DNA of 64,000 nucleotides from Hormoscilla sp. Lineage in GTDB: Bacteria; Cyanobacteriota; Cyanobacteriia; Cyanobacteriales; Desertifilaceae. The stretch is from contig JBFRWI010000226.1 of assembly GCA_051439505.1 (NCBI GenBank), forward strand, positions 9,567 through 73,566. Reading direction: 5' to 3'. Numbering within the stretch: position 1 is the stretch's first letter; each line of letters begins with the position of its first letter. The notes beneath the pieces were generated by a model. That model did not search any database and had not been told where the DNA came from. It saw nothing but the letters and a program-made list of their open reading frames with translations. Made by a program: the position numbers and the translations under genes. Below are positions 39,866-50,129 of this stretch, in pieces.

Positions 39866-40957
39866 CTACTGCATTTCCTGCAATACTTGCCGAATCAAAT
39901 CAGCAGGCACTTGGTCTGTTATAGTGACAGCACCCACCTGAGTTGGCAAGATAAAACGGACCTTACCCGCCTTCACCTTCTTATCCGTTTTCAAAGTCTC
40001 CAGAATGGCCTCAATATCGAGTCCCCCTGGCAACTGCGTCGGTAAACCCGCTTTAGCAATTAAATCAAACTGACGCCGATCGCACTCTCGGTCCCACAGT
40101 TGCAACCCCAGGGCTAGCTTACTTGCTGCTACCATGCCCATAGCTACTGCTTCCCCGTGAATGACCGATTTATATTCCGTGACACTTTCGATCGCATGGC
40201 CGATGGTGTGACCGTAGTTAAGGATCGCCCTCAACCCCGCTTCTCTCTCATCTTTGCCGACCACATCAGCCTTAGCTTGGCAAGAGCGTGTTAAAATTGT
40301 TTCCAATAACTCTCCATCCAGGTCTTGGAGTTTTTCCAGGCTACTTTGCTTTTCCAACTGAGAAAATAACTCCCCATCCCAGATCACCCCATATTTAATC
40401 ACCTCTGCCATGCCCGCCCGAAACTCCCGTGGAGGCAATGTCTGTAACACCTCGGGGTCGATCGCCACCAGTCTCGGCTGATAAAATGCCCCAATCAGGT
40501 TTTTGCCCATGGGATGATTAACTCCCGTTTTGCCGCCAACGGAAGCATCCACCATCGCTAGCAGGGAGGTGGGGACTTGCACGAACTGTATCCCCCGCAG
40601 CCAAGTGGCCGCGCTAAAGCCGGTCATATCTCCAATCACCCCCCCACCCAGGGCTACCATGGTGGAAGATCTTTCCAAATGCTGTTCCAGGGCCCGATCG
40701 TAAACCTTTTCGATGCTGGCGAGGGTTTTGTAACGTTCCCCATCCGGCAGGATGCAACTGGCCACTTCAAAACCGGCCCCACTCAGAGAGGCGATCGCCC
40801 TTTGGCCGTAATGCTGAAACACCACCGGGTTGGACACCAGCAAAACCTTCTTCCCCAGATCCAGACTGGCCATGCTGGCACCCAGCCGGTCCAGAACCCC
40901 AGGGGCGATCGCAATCTCGTAAGAACGCTCGGGTAAATCTACTCTAATCCCAGACAT
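39866..40957 (-). CDS. aroB: 3-dehydroquinate synthase
   Basis: [39 protein letters not shown]. Confidence 0.97.
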   Translation of the reverse strand: MSGIRVDLPERSYEIAIAPGVLDRLGASMASLDLGKKVLLVSNPVVFQHYGQRAIASLSGAGFEVASCILPDGERYKTLASIEKVYDRALEQHLERSSTMVALGGGVIGDMTGFSAATWLRGIQFVQVPTSLLAMVDASVGGKTGVNHPMGKNLIGAFYQPRLVAIDPEVLQTLPPREFRAGMAEVIKYGVIWDGELFSQLEKQSSLEKLQDLDGELLETILTRSCQAKADVVGKDEREAGLRAILNYGHTIGHAIESVTEYKSVIHGEAVAMGMVAASKLALGLQLWDRECDRRQFDLIAKAGLPTQLPGGLDIEAILETLKTDKKVKAGKVRFILPTQVGAVTITDQVPADLIRQVLQEMQ

Positions 40958-41044
40958 CACTCAAACCCCCTCAATAACCCTGGGCTGTATTTTAGCCCAG
41001 GGCATGCTTCAATAGTATTGACCAGTCTTAAAGGAGAAACACAG

Positions 41045-41146
41045 ATGACAATAGGTGGTACGATCGCGTACTTTGTGCTATTAGGTGGTGCCTTCGCTGC
41101 CGCCCTCGTCCTCTATTTCGGGCTACGGGCCGTTAAGCTAATCTAA
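41045..41146 (+). CDS. petL: Cytochrome b6f subunit VI
   Basis: Hand-translated MTIGGTIAYFVLLGGAFAAALVLYFGLRAVKLI; RBS AGGAG; divergent from aroB. Confidence 0.9.
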   Translation: MTIGGTIAYFVLLGGAFAAALVLYFGLRAVKLI

Positions 41147-41708
41147 GCCGATCGGTGTCCAGTGGACATCGCCCACTGGACAACCCGACAATCAATTAAG
41201 GGGTCACACCCCCCACATAAAGGGACCGGAGAAGAAGGAAGCCCGATCGCATTTCACAAAAATTTAAGAAGAGCGCTTATTGCCCAGAATATGGTGGTTT
41301 CGGGCTTGTAAGAAACAAAGAGCGCTCTATGTGTGATTTAGATTCGGGAATTTTATCTGTAGAAGCTGTAGAGTGAATAAATGGATCATCCCTACTTATT
41401 CAGTGAGGAGGATTTACTTAAGATACCGGCTGGAGCTTCCGCGCTCTGTCTACTGTCTTTATCCCGATTGCGGCTTATATGCTGCGAATAGAACAATAGG
41501 ACTGGTAGACAAGCAGTAAGGAGCTGACAGCTTACCCACTAACCTAATCTTGGGTGTATCTAGCCAGTTAAGCATTCAGCTATATGCAATAAGCAGTCAG
41601 GGTCGATAGGTCAGCGATTAGCGATCGAGCGATCGGCTGGCTTCTGATCGCCGAATGCGTAGAAGCTAGTTAGATGGAAAACTCAGAACTACAATTTGGG
41701 AAAAAACC

Positions 41709-41816
41709 ATGGCACTACAGCAAGTATTTAAGTGGACTGTGTCCTGTTTGTTGCAAGCCGCTGTTACTCTCTCGCTCGGAGTTTGGCTGATGCAAGTAAT
41801 CAGCAAATTGCCCTAG
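41709..41816 (+). CDS. Possible small membrane protein (35 aa)
   Basis: MALQQVFKWTVSCLLQAAVTLSLGVWLMQVISKLP, in an otherwise empty ~850-bp intergenic stretch. Confidence 0.3.
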   Translation: MALQQVFKWTVSCLLQAAVTLSLGVWLMQVISKLP

Positions 41817-42003
41817 AATAGTTCGGTGGGAATCTCACCAAATCCGAGAGCATATGGATGGGGTAACAGAGAAGCTCCCCTCCCCCCCTAGCCCATTCCC
41901 CATCCAAGCGCAATGATGGCAATCCCTTAAGGGATTACACAGACTACCAGAAACCCGGTTTCTTCTCAGAAGCCGGGTTTCTACATTCGGGAAGCACGGC
42001 GTG

Positions 42004-43593
42004 TCAACTGGCGATCGCCTCTAATTCTACCTCCAGCTGCCGTTCCACTTCTGCTGCTCTTTTCGCTGCCAGAAACTCCGCCAACTGTGCGGAGATATGA
42101 TCGCGCACAATCTGACGATACTCCAGATAATGTTCGTTATGGGCGCAGGTTGTGACGTAATGCTGCCAGACGCCCGGGTTATGCTTGAGGATGCTATACA
42201 GATGATGCCAGAATTTCCAGCGGGTTTTACGTTTAATCCCCTGTCGCCAGATCACAATCATCAGGGCACGTAAATCTACCAGACTGATAAACTTGGCAGG
42301 TGGATGGCACTTCGGCGGACCCATCATCATGAAATAGCGATAAGTCCGATCCAAGTAATTGGAAGCATCATACAGGGTACAAAACGCCTCTATATATTCC
42401 CGGGCAATATCCTCTATAGGGCGAGTGGGGATAAAGTTCATCAAGGCCCCCTGGGGATTACCATTACTCTCTTTCGATAGTAAGCGTCCCTCTTTTTCTA
42501 AGCGATGCCAGAGGGCTGTATTCGGTAAAGCTTGCAGCATCCCCAACATGGCCGCAGGAATGGCTGTTTGTTCGACAAACCGGACAATGCGATCGCCCGC
42601 CCCTTTGCTTTCCCCATCAAAGCCGATAATAAACCCGGCCATCACTCGCATCCCCGATCGGGCGATCGCTTCTACCGATTCTGCCAGAGAATCTCTGGTA
42701 TTTTGAAACTTTTTCGTCAGAGTCAGACTGGCTTCATCTGGCGTCTCTATGCCCAAGAATACCGACTTAAAGTTACACTCTACCATCAAATCCATCAATT
42801 CTTGGTCCTGGGCCAGATCTACTGACGCCTCTGTCGTAAAATTGAAGGGATACTGATGTTCGGCTTGCCAGACTTTCAACTCCTTCAGCAGCAGCTTCAC
42901 ATTCCGCTTATTGCCAATAAAGTTGTCATCCACCATAAAAATCGCGCGCGTCCACCCCAGTTGGCGGAGATATTCCAACTCAGCGAGCAGCTGCTGGGGA
43001 GTTTTCGTCCGGGGTTTGCGTCCGTACAGAACAATAATGTCGCAAAACTCGCATTGGAACGGACAACCTCGGGAAAACTGTACCGACATGGTGTCATAAG
43101 CATCCAATTCTAGCAAATCAAACCGAGGCACCAGGGTTTCAGTCACGTCCGGTTTTTCGGAGGCACGGAAAGTCCCGCCCCGATCGCCCCGACGCACCGC
43201 CTCCACAAACATCGGTAAAGTGATTTCCCCTTCATCGAGAATCAGATAATCAGCACCCGCCTCACTAGGTACTTCCGGGACCGAAGTGGCATAGGGCCCC
43301 CCCACTGCTACCGGCTTACCGCGCCCTTTAGCTTCTCGAATCAGGTAGAGCAGATCCTCTTTTTGGACTATCATGGCCGAGATAATCACCAGATCTGCCC
43401 ATTCCCACTCCGACTCCGTCACGGGACGGACATTGCGATCGACCAGCTTAAATTCCCACTCTTGTGGTAAGATAGCCGCTACCGTCACCAAACCCAAGGG
43501 CGGGAGCAAAACCTTGCGATTTATCAGTTCTATGACTTTTTCATAAGACCAAAATGTTTTCGGAAACAGGGGGTACAGCAATAAAACCCTCAT
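42004..43593 (-). CDS. B12-binding radical SAM protein with DUF4070-type C-terminus
   Basis: PPLGL, VGGP, SRGCPFQCEFCD (CX3CX2C). Confidence 0.93.
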   Translation of the reverse strand: MRVLLLYPLFPKTFWSYEKVIELINRKVLLPPLGLVTVAAILPQEWEFKLVDRNVRPVTESEWEWADLVIISAMIVQKEDLLYLIREAKGRGKPVAVGGPYATSVPEVPSEAGADYLILDEGEITLPMFVEAVRRGDRGGTFRASEKPDVTETLVPRFDLLELDAYDTMSVQFSRGCPFQCEFCDIIVLYGRKPRTKTPQQLLAELEYLRQLGWTRAIFMVDDNFIGNKRNVKLLLKELKVWQAEHQYPFNFTTEASVDLAQDQELMDLMVECNFKSVFLGIETPDEASLTLTKKFQNTRDSLAESVEAIARSGMRVMAGFIIGFDGESKGAGDRIVRFVEQTAIPAAMLGMLQALPNTALWHRLEKEGRLLSKESNGNPQGALMNFIPTRPIEDIAREYIEAFCTLYDASNYLDRTYRYFMMMGPPKCHPPAKFISLVDLRALMIVIWRQGIKRKTRWKFWHHLYSILKHNPGVWQHYVTTCAHNEHYLEYRQIVRDHISAQLAEFLAAKRAAEVERQLEVELEAIAS

Positions 43594-43809
43594 TTATTAG
43601 TTAAACCTCACTTATTCATGTTTATAGTTCCTGGTTGGTATGGACCCATTAGCCATTATCATTATATTATCCCAGGAATCATTTCCTTGCCAACAATTAT
43701 CTTATCATCTATTCCGACGCTTATTTTTGAGGCTCCTCTCGCTTTTTATTTGCGAATGGCAAATGGTTAATTGCGAAGGGATTAAAATGGGGCAATTCTC
43801 AATTTCCAA

Positions 43810-45492
43810 TTATCCTACTGGAGATGCACCCGATTTGTTTTGTCGAATGGGAATTTCTATCCTGAACTCGGCCCCCTCTCCCAGTGCTGATTGACATTCT
43901 ATCTTTCCTTGGTGTTTTTCGACAATAATTGAATGGGAAATAGACAAACCCAATCCCGTGCCTTTACCTACCGGTTTAGTTGTAAAAAAAGCATCGAAGA
44001 GTTTCTGGCTAACCTTTGAGTCTATCCCCATGCCATTATCAGCTATCTTAATGGCGATCGCCTCTCGTTCGACTGCTTCCGTCTGGATCCTAATGCTGAT
44101 AGTATCTGCTTCCCTTTCTGCGGGCGATCGCCCTTTATCATAGTCTTCTAAAGCATCAATGGCATTGCCAATAATATTCATAAACACTTGGCTTAACTGT
44201 CCTGGATAGCATTCTACTAGGGGAAGTTGACCGTATTCTTTAATCACTTCGATCGCCCCACGATAGGGTTGAGCTTTCAAACGATTCTGGAGAATCATCA
44301 GGGTGCTGTCAATTCCCTCGTGGATATCAAATTTCTTCAGTTCCGCTTCATCCATACGGGAAAAGTTTCGCAGGGACAGGACGATTTCATGCAGGCGATC
44401 GGAACCTACCTGCATCGATTCGAGAGTTTTCGGCAAGTCTGACATTAAAAATTCTAGCTCAACCTCTTCCAGTTTATCAATAATTTCCGTCGGGGGATTG
44501 CTATAGTTTTGCTGATAAATTTGAATCACATCCAGGATATCTTGAATATACTCCCGTGCGTGAACGATATTGCCGTGAATGAAATTCACGGGATTATTAA
44601 TTTCATGGGCCACTCCAGCAACTAACTGACCTAAGCTAGACATTTTTTCGCTTTGGACCATCTGGACTTGAGTTTGCTGAAGTTTTTCTAAGGTTTGTTC
44701 TAATACTCGAGTGCGATTATTTAAATCTGATTGGGTCCGGTGCAATTTTTCGATGTATTCTTCTTTTTCCCTGGCCTCAGATTCAACTTTATGCGCTAAT
44801 TTATTTCCATATACGGCGATCCCACTTACCATCAAGACAATCAGCATGGCCAGAGAATACTCAAACTTCTTTAAACTCCGAGCTGCGGCTATTTGCTCGT
44901 CGAAAAGCTGCTGCTGAATTTCACTCACCTGCTGGCGCAAGCTCGCAAAGGCTTTACTAACTTCGTGCGATCGGCGATCCATGATCGCCATCCGCCTACC
45001 CGCTAGTTCTAGTTGGTTCTGTTCAAAATAGGAAAAAATTAGGTTCGCTTCTTGAGCCATTTGAGCCATTGCTGTTTCAATAGTTTGTAAGTCTTCTAGC
45101 AGCAACTGCGCCAGACCTGCTTCCACATTAGCATGTAACTCCTGTTTGGCCCTTTCCATGCCCGTACTAAACCGATCGAGCATCACCTGCAATCTTTTTG
45201 ATTCCAGTTCCACAGAGCCCGACTCAAAAACATCATTGCCAGGAGCATTTGCTGCCACGGCCAATTGACTCAGTTCCGAATAGCTTTGGAGTCGTCGGGC
45301 CCAATCTTGATTTACGGCTACTGACTGAGTATAACTACTCATTAGTTTATAATTGAGATAAAGGCTCAAGGACACGGTACACAAATCGAAGGCGGCGAGT
45401 AAGAAATAGAGGTAGTGCCATTTCGGTCGCGATCGCGTTGGGGCTGTGATTGATTTATTTTTGCCTTTGAGTAATGTATGATTCGATCTCAT
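43810..45492 (-). CDS. Membrane sensor histidine kinase
   Basis: Two TM segments, [22 protein letters not shown]; start codon uncertain. Confidence 0.92.
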   Translation of the reverse strand: MRSNHTLLKGKNKSITAPTRSRPKWHYLYFLLAAFDLCTVSLSLYLNYKLMSSYTQSVAVNQDWARRLQSYSELSQLAVAANAPGNDVFESGSVELESKRLQVMLDRFSTGMERAKQELHANVEAGLAQLLLEDLQTIETAMAQMAQEANLIFSYFEQNQLELAGRRMAIMDRRSHEVSKAFASLRQQVSEIQQQLFDEQIAAARSLKKFEYSLAMLIVLMVSGIAVYGNKLAHKVESEAREKEEYIEKLHRTQSDLNNRTRVLEQTLEKLQQTQVQMVQSEKMSSLGQLVAGVAHEINNPVNFIHGNIVHAREYIQDILDVIQIYQQNYSNPPTEIIDKLEEVELEFLMSDLPKTLESMQVGSDRLHEIVLSLRNFSRMDEAELKKFDIHEGIDSTLMILQNRLKAQPYRGAIEVIKEYGQLPLVECYPGQLSQVFMNIIGNAIDALEDYDKGRSPAEREADTISIRIQTEAVEREAIAIKIADNGMGIDSKVSQKLFDAFFTTKPVGKGTGLGLSISHSIIVEKHQGKIECQSALGEGAEFRIEIPIRQNKSGASPVG

Positions 45493-46007
45493 AGGTGAGA
45501 GTCTCCATGATTGATGGATCGAAGTAGAGCGAGCAGCTGGATAATGACCCCGTTTGCCTCCATCCCCGACAATAGTTCTACCACTGATTGGTGACAATTG
45601 GTAAAAATTTATTGAGTCCCTGGGATTGTCCTATTATGACCGTAGCGATCGCCTGCTAGAATCTATCTCTTGGGTGAGGGTGCCGATCGTCGGGTTGCAC
45701 ATTTAGGCCACAGGCAGGCGATCGTCCCAAACCTATTACTTTTTAGCCCTTGACAAAATGCGGGTTCGATGAAATAATTCAGCAGAGGGTTGGTTCGCCG
45801 ACCACCGGCTCTAGCACTAAGGTTAGAAGTTGTATTGGTAGGGTGGGCCGCACCCACTGTCATCTGTAGGTGTGACCAAAAACACACCCGGTTAGAAGTG
45901 GTCAGCCCACAGCTGCATCAGTCAGTCGGTAAAACTGAGATCCTATTGACGGTAGGTTCCGCAGAAAGTATAGAACCAGACATAAAAATAACTTTTAGGA
46001 GGTGATA

Positions 46008-46180
46008 ATGAAAGGAAAACACAAATAATCCTCGCTTGTTCGATCCTAATGTATTGTGGCATGTTCTAGAGACCCCGGTCGAAGCTTCGGTAGAGCAAAT
46101 TGACCAATTTGCATCAATCTATCAGATAATGCCCGACCACCTCAACCTGTGAATGGGAGAGTAATTCGGATCGGACAATA
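46008..46180 (+). pseudogene. Alpha-carbonic anhydrase remnant (start plus C-terminus only)
   Basis: AGGAGG+ATG, then VLWHVLETPVEASVEQIDQFASIY / NARPPQPVNGRVI (frameshifted), resembling the alpha-CA C-terminal N.RP.QP.NGR motif. Confidence 0.6.
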
Positions 46181-46551
46181 AAGGCGAGACCTCAAGCATT
46201 CCTCTCAAGGATCATGCACTGATGCGCAAATACCAAGACATGTTCCCGTACTCCCAGGCGATCGGCCCGTCGGACCTCCCGGACAGGGGTTGCGTATATG
46301 ATGATATCTGGGTATTTTTTGATAACCACCAGCGACTCTGTAGAGCGATCGCCATGGAGGAATAGCTAAGACCTCATGCTGAAAGAAAGGCTCATTTGCC
46401 GATAGAGAAAGTAATTAAACCTGGTATCGTGGAAGCGTCGCACCCAACATCCATAATACAGGTTGCGGTAGTTGACAGCATGTTATAATTCATAGTTGAT
46501 GGTTCGTGAGAACTGGACAATCAACCATCAACAAGGAAAAATCAACAAGGA

Positions 46552-46821
46552 GTGCCTATGCTGATGCTGAAGGCCGAGCAAGTACAGTATTGCTACGTAC
46601 ACCGCCAAGTAAAAGGACGAGTTGAAAAAGTACCGGGAATTGCTTATTACAACAAGCTGTTTGTCAAAAGTGCATCTTTTGGTAAAGGCGAGAGAGAAAA
46701 AGCAATTCAGCAGTGTCGGCAGGATTTTGCCAAGCAGAATGGGCGAATTTTATTCTTAGTGGTGGAAGAGGAGACAGGCTTTACTCTTTGGTATGAAGAT
46801 AACCAGTTGCAGTTAGCATAA
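46552..46821 (+). CDS. Conserved cyanobacterial hypothetical protein
   Basis: Good RBS; VPGIAYYNKLF..LVVEE..GFTLW. Confidence 0.6.
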   Translation: MPMLMLKAEQVQYCYVHRQVKGRVEKVPGIAYYNKLFVKSASFGKGEREKAIQQCRQDFAKQNGRILFLVVEEETGFTLWYEDNQLQLA

Positions 46822-47061
46822 AACTCCCGCTCCATCTTGTAAAGGAAGATCGACTAAAATCTCAAAGAGAATGACTACTGAAAATTTGGCGATCGGGGCC
46901 CGGTTCGGAGCCCACTTCCCTAGAAGTCGGTTAAGAAACCGGGTTGGTCATAGCATTGAGATCTCGTCGATCGCCACAGCATCAACCCGGTTTTTGCTTC
47001 TACTCGATGCTCTAACGGTACCCTAATAGGAGACAAGGTGCTAAACTTTAACCCCTTGAGA

Positions 47062-48150
47062 TTATTGATAAGTGGGAAAATCCGTATAGCCTTCTTTATC
47101 AAAGGAAAACCAAATATTCATATCTGCAGGTGGATTCAGGGGCCAGCCATTGGTAAAGCGATCGACTAAATCGGGATTGCTGATAAATGGGCGTCCAAAG
47201 GCAATTAAATCGGCATTTCCCTCTTTAATTGCGGTTTCAGCCGTTGACTGTTCGTACCCGCAATTCCCCATCAGCGGACCCGCAAATACCGATCGAAATT
47301 CTGCCAAAGTCATGGGCTCTCCCAATTCGTGAAAGCCAAAAGCCAGGCCATCCATCAAATGAAGGTAAGCTAATCCATAAGGGTTTAATTGCTTGGCCGT
47401 GTAAAGAAAAGTTTCCCGAAAGTCCGGCGAACCCATATCATTAAAATTACCGTTGGGAGAAAGCCGAACTCCTACCCGATTAGCAGGCCAGACGGTGAGG
47501 ACCGATTCGACAATTTCTTTGAGAAAACGGTAGCGGTTTTCGAGGCTACCACCATATAGATCCGTGCGCTGGTTAGTTTTGGATTGTAGGAACTGGTCAA
47601 TCAAATAGCCATTGGCAGCGTGAATCTCTACCCCATCAAAGCCAGCGAATTTGGCACGTACAGCAGCCTGACGATAATCGGAGACAATCAGGGGAATCTC
47701 TTCTGTTTCTAAAGCCCGAGGTGTTTCGTAGGGTTGCTTGCCAATAGGAGTATGAATGTATTCTGCATTTAGCTTCAGGGCAGAAGGGGCGACTGGCAGT
47801 TCGCCGTTTTCCTGAAAACTCGTGTGGGAGGCGCGTCCACAATGCCAAAGTTGCAGAAAAATGGGCGTTCCTTGGGCATGAACTGCATCCACAATTTGCT
47901 TCCAGGCAACTGCTTGTTCGTCGGAGTAAATACCGGGCGTATTTTGCCATCCATTGGCTTGCTTGGAAATCACGGTCGCCTCGGTAATAATTAAACTGGC
48001 GGTAGCCCGTTGAGCGTAATACTCGGCCATTAAGGCGTTGGGCATCCGTTCGACTCCCGCCCGGGAACGAGTCATGGGAGCCATTACTACCCGGTTTTTG
48101 AGGGGCAAACCTCCCAAGTCAAAAGGACTGATCAGTGCCGGCGATCTCAT
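47062..48150 (-). CDS. Old Yellow Enzyme / alkene reductase (NemA-like)
   Basis: NRVVMAPMTRSRA, QLWHCGR, EIHAANGYLIDQF; GGAGGA before the ATG at 48150. Confidence 0.95.
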   Translation of the reverse strand: MRSPALISPFDLGGLPLKNRVVMAPMTRSRAGVERMPNALMAEYYAQRATASLIITEATVISKQANGWQNTPGIYSDEQAVAWKQIVDAVHAQGTPIFLQLWHCGRASHTSFQENGELPVAPSALKLNAEYIHTPIGKQPYETPRALETEEIPLIVSDYRQAAVRAKFAGFDGVEIHAANGYLIDQFLQSKTNQRTDLYGGSLENRYRFLKEIVESVLTVWPANRVGVRLSPNGNFNDMGSPDFRETFLYTAKQLNPYGLAYLHLMDGLAFGFHELGEPMTLAEFRSVFAGPLMGNCGYEQSTAETAIKEGNADLIAFGRPFISNPDLVDRFTNGWPLNPPADMNIWFSFDKEGYTDFPTYQ

Positions 48151-48227
48151 ATAACTATCCTCCAACTTTATTCTTGATATCGTATCATAGGAAATCAAAA
48201 GGTGGGCAATGCCCACCCGATCGATCT

Positions 48228-49442
48228 TTAACCAATAGTCATGGCTAAATCATTGCTACTCACTATGAATGTAGCACTCCGCACGATGTCCGTTGCCGCA
48301 TTTTGCACCAGACCCAAAATGTCGCCATTAGTCAGTTGAATTAGGGTGTCATTCCCCGAGACATTAAATACTAAATCTGTTAGACCGATCTCCCCCGCGA
48401 TCGCCACTCGATCGCCCTGGCCAGCATTAAAATCAGAAATGCGATCGGCAGCAGTTACATCCCCTTCAGGAACAGCAGCAAAGGTGCGGAAGATGAAAGT
48501 ATCGGCACCGTCGCCACCAGCGAGGATATCCAAACCCAAATCTCCCACCAAGTAATCGTTACCGCTGCTGCCAATTAAAATGTCATTCCCTTGTCCGCCC
48601 CGGATAAAATCATCCCCAGCACCACCTTCAATGATATCGTCACCGAGATTACCGTTAACCACATCAGAGTTATCGGAACCAACAACACTATCAATGCCAT
48701 CTAAAGCCAAAATTCCCCGATCGCTTGTCGTAAGCTGAATCACCTCGTTGCCATCAGTTCTGGAGTTAGTGAGAACCGGAACTTTAATCGCATTGCTAGC
48801 ATTCACCAAATTGTTCAGCAGCACAGCATCGGTAATCAGAGATGAAACTCGACCCGAGATTATGCCCTCAGTTACTCCAGCATAGAGAAGGATATTTCCC
48901 TGTTGAATTTGGTCCACTACATCCATTCCTTGGGTCACGTTCCCGAAGACAGCAAAGTCTCCGTCCAGGAAAGGATTATCTGCCAAATTAACAAAGAACT
49001 GAGACGAGGCTGAATCAGGATTATCGCCCACCCGCGCCATCGCGATCGCGCTGCGAACATTCCGCAACAGTGGTGCAGTCGTTATTCCCGCATCCTCGAA
49101 AGTTTGGCTGTAGATGGGTTCTGCTGCGCCGACAGGTTTAATTTCTAAAGGAATTCGGCGTTCCTGACCAGTTACCGGGTCAATAAAACCTCCCGTACCC
49201 AGCAGATCTGCGGGAAAATTCGGGTCTCGGCTTTGGGGATCTCCAGCTTGCACCACAAAGGGATTTGGTTCCCGTACCACTCGGTGAAAGGAAATTTGGT
49301 TGTAAAAGCCTCGTTCCACCAGATCGACAAAGTTACCTGAGGTAATGGGGGCATTTGTGCCGTCAACTGATATGGTAATTGAGGCACCATTCACCACCAT
49401 TACCACCGTCGCCGGACCTGTTAACTGGGGTAAATCTTCCAT
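48228..49442 (-). CDS. Cyclophilin-type PPIase fused to RTX Ca-binding repeats
   Basis: APITSGNFVDLV..FHRVV..FVVQAGDP..AMAR..DSASSQFF, then GG.G.D nonapeptides. Confidence 0.9.
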   Translation of the reverse strand: MEDLPQLTGPATVVMVVNGASITISVDGTNAPITSGNFVDLVERGFYNQISFHRVVREPNPFVVQAGDPQSRDPNFPADLLGTGGFIDPVTGQERRIPLEIKPVGAAEPIYSQTFEDAGITTAPLLRNVRSAIAMARVGDNPDSASSQFFVNLADNPFLDGDFAVFGNVTQGMDVVDQIQQGNILLYAGVTEGIISGRVSSLITDAVLLNNLVNASNAIKVPVLTNSRTDGNEVIQLTTSDRGILALDGIDSVVGSDNSDVVNGNLGDDIIEGGAGDDFIRGGQGNDILIGSSGNDYLVGDLGLDILAGGDGADTFIFRTFAAVPEGDVTAADRISDFNAGQGDRVAIAGEIGLTDLVFNVSGNDTLIQLTNGDILGLVQNAATDIVRSATFIVSSNDLAMTIG

Positions 49443-49477
49443 TGCTGAATTCCTCTCGCGATTGAAATCTGTCTGAT

Positions 49478-49625
49478 TATAGCAGTTCTCATCCTTTGTG
49501 TGATAATGGATCGGAGATTGCTTCGGGGGGGGGGGTAACTCCAAATCCCATAAGTTACTCGCTAGTCTCCCCCCTCGCAATGACAAATAGGCGATACCAC
49601 ATCAATGCATTCGAGATGAGCTATA
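49478..49625. mobile_element. TATAGC...GCTATA element carrying GATTGCTTCG..CTCGCAATGAC
   Basis: Sister of 6054-6207. Confidence 0.6.
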
Positions 49626-49627
49626 TA

Positions 49628-50077
49628 TCAAATGTCCTGGGGGATACTGCCAAGTTCTGCGATCGACTGTTCGATGCGCCGTGCGATTTCCTTCAAAGCA
49701 TCTGTTGGCGGGGTTCGACCGATGTCGTGAACCAACCAGTATTCTATCGCATCTTCCCAGGCACTGAACCGTTCTGCCATCAGGGGTCGATGTTCTGATT
49801 CGTCCAGGGCGATCGCCCGATCGGCCCTTATCAAATCTTCTTCCGTCAGGGATTGGGGGAAGCGTTCGTCATCAGAAACGATTATACCCCGTTCCGACAA
49901 AGCTGCGACAGCATATCTAGAAATCGGTCCGACATTATTCGCGCCCCGTTCCACCGCCAGTCCCCGGGAGAATGCCCGCCATTCCAGTCCCTGTTTTTCT
50001 GCTAATGCATTGAACAGCTGTTCAGCGAAGCGACTGCGATAATAATTGCCCGTACAGAGAAAGAGGATTTTCTTCAT
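49628..50077 (-). CDS. Low-molecular-weight phosphatase / arsenate reductase-like
   Basis: ILFLCTGNYYRS P-loop (CX5R). Confidence 0.85.
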   Translation of the reverse strand: MKKILFLCTGNYYRSRFAEQLFNALAEKQGLEWRAFSRGLAVERGANNVGPISRYAVAALSERGIIVSDDERFPQSLTEEDLIRADRAIALDESEHRPLMAERFSAWEDAIEYWLVHDIGRTPPTDALKEIARRIEQSIAELGSIPQDI

Positions 50078-50129
50078 TTGTTATCTTATCGTATGGTGTG
50101 TGGTGCGGTGGGCGGTGCCCACCCTACAA

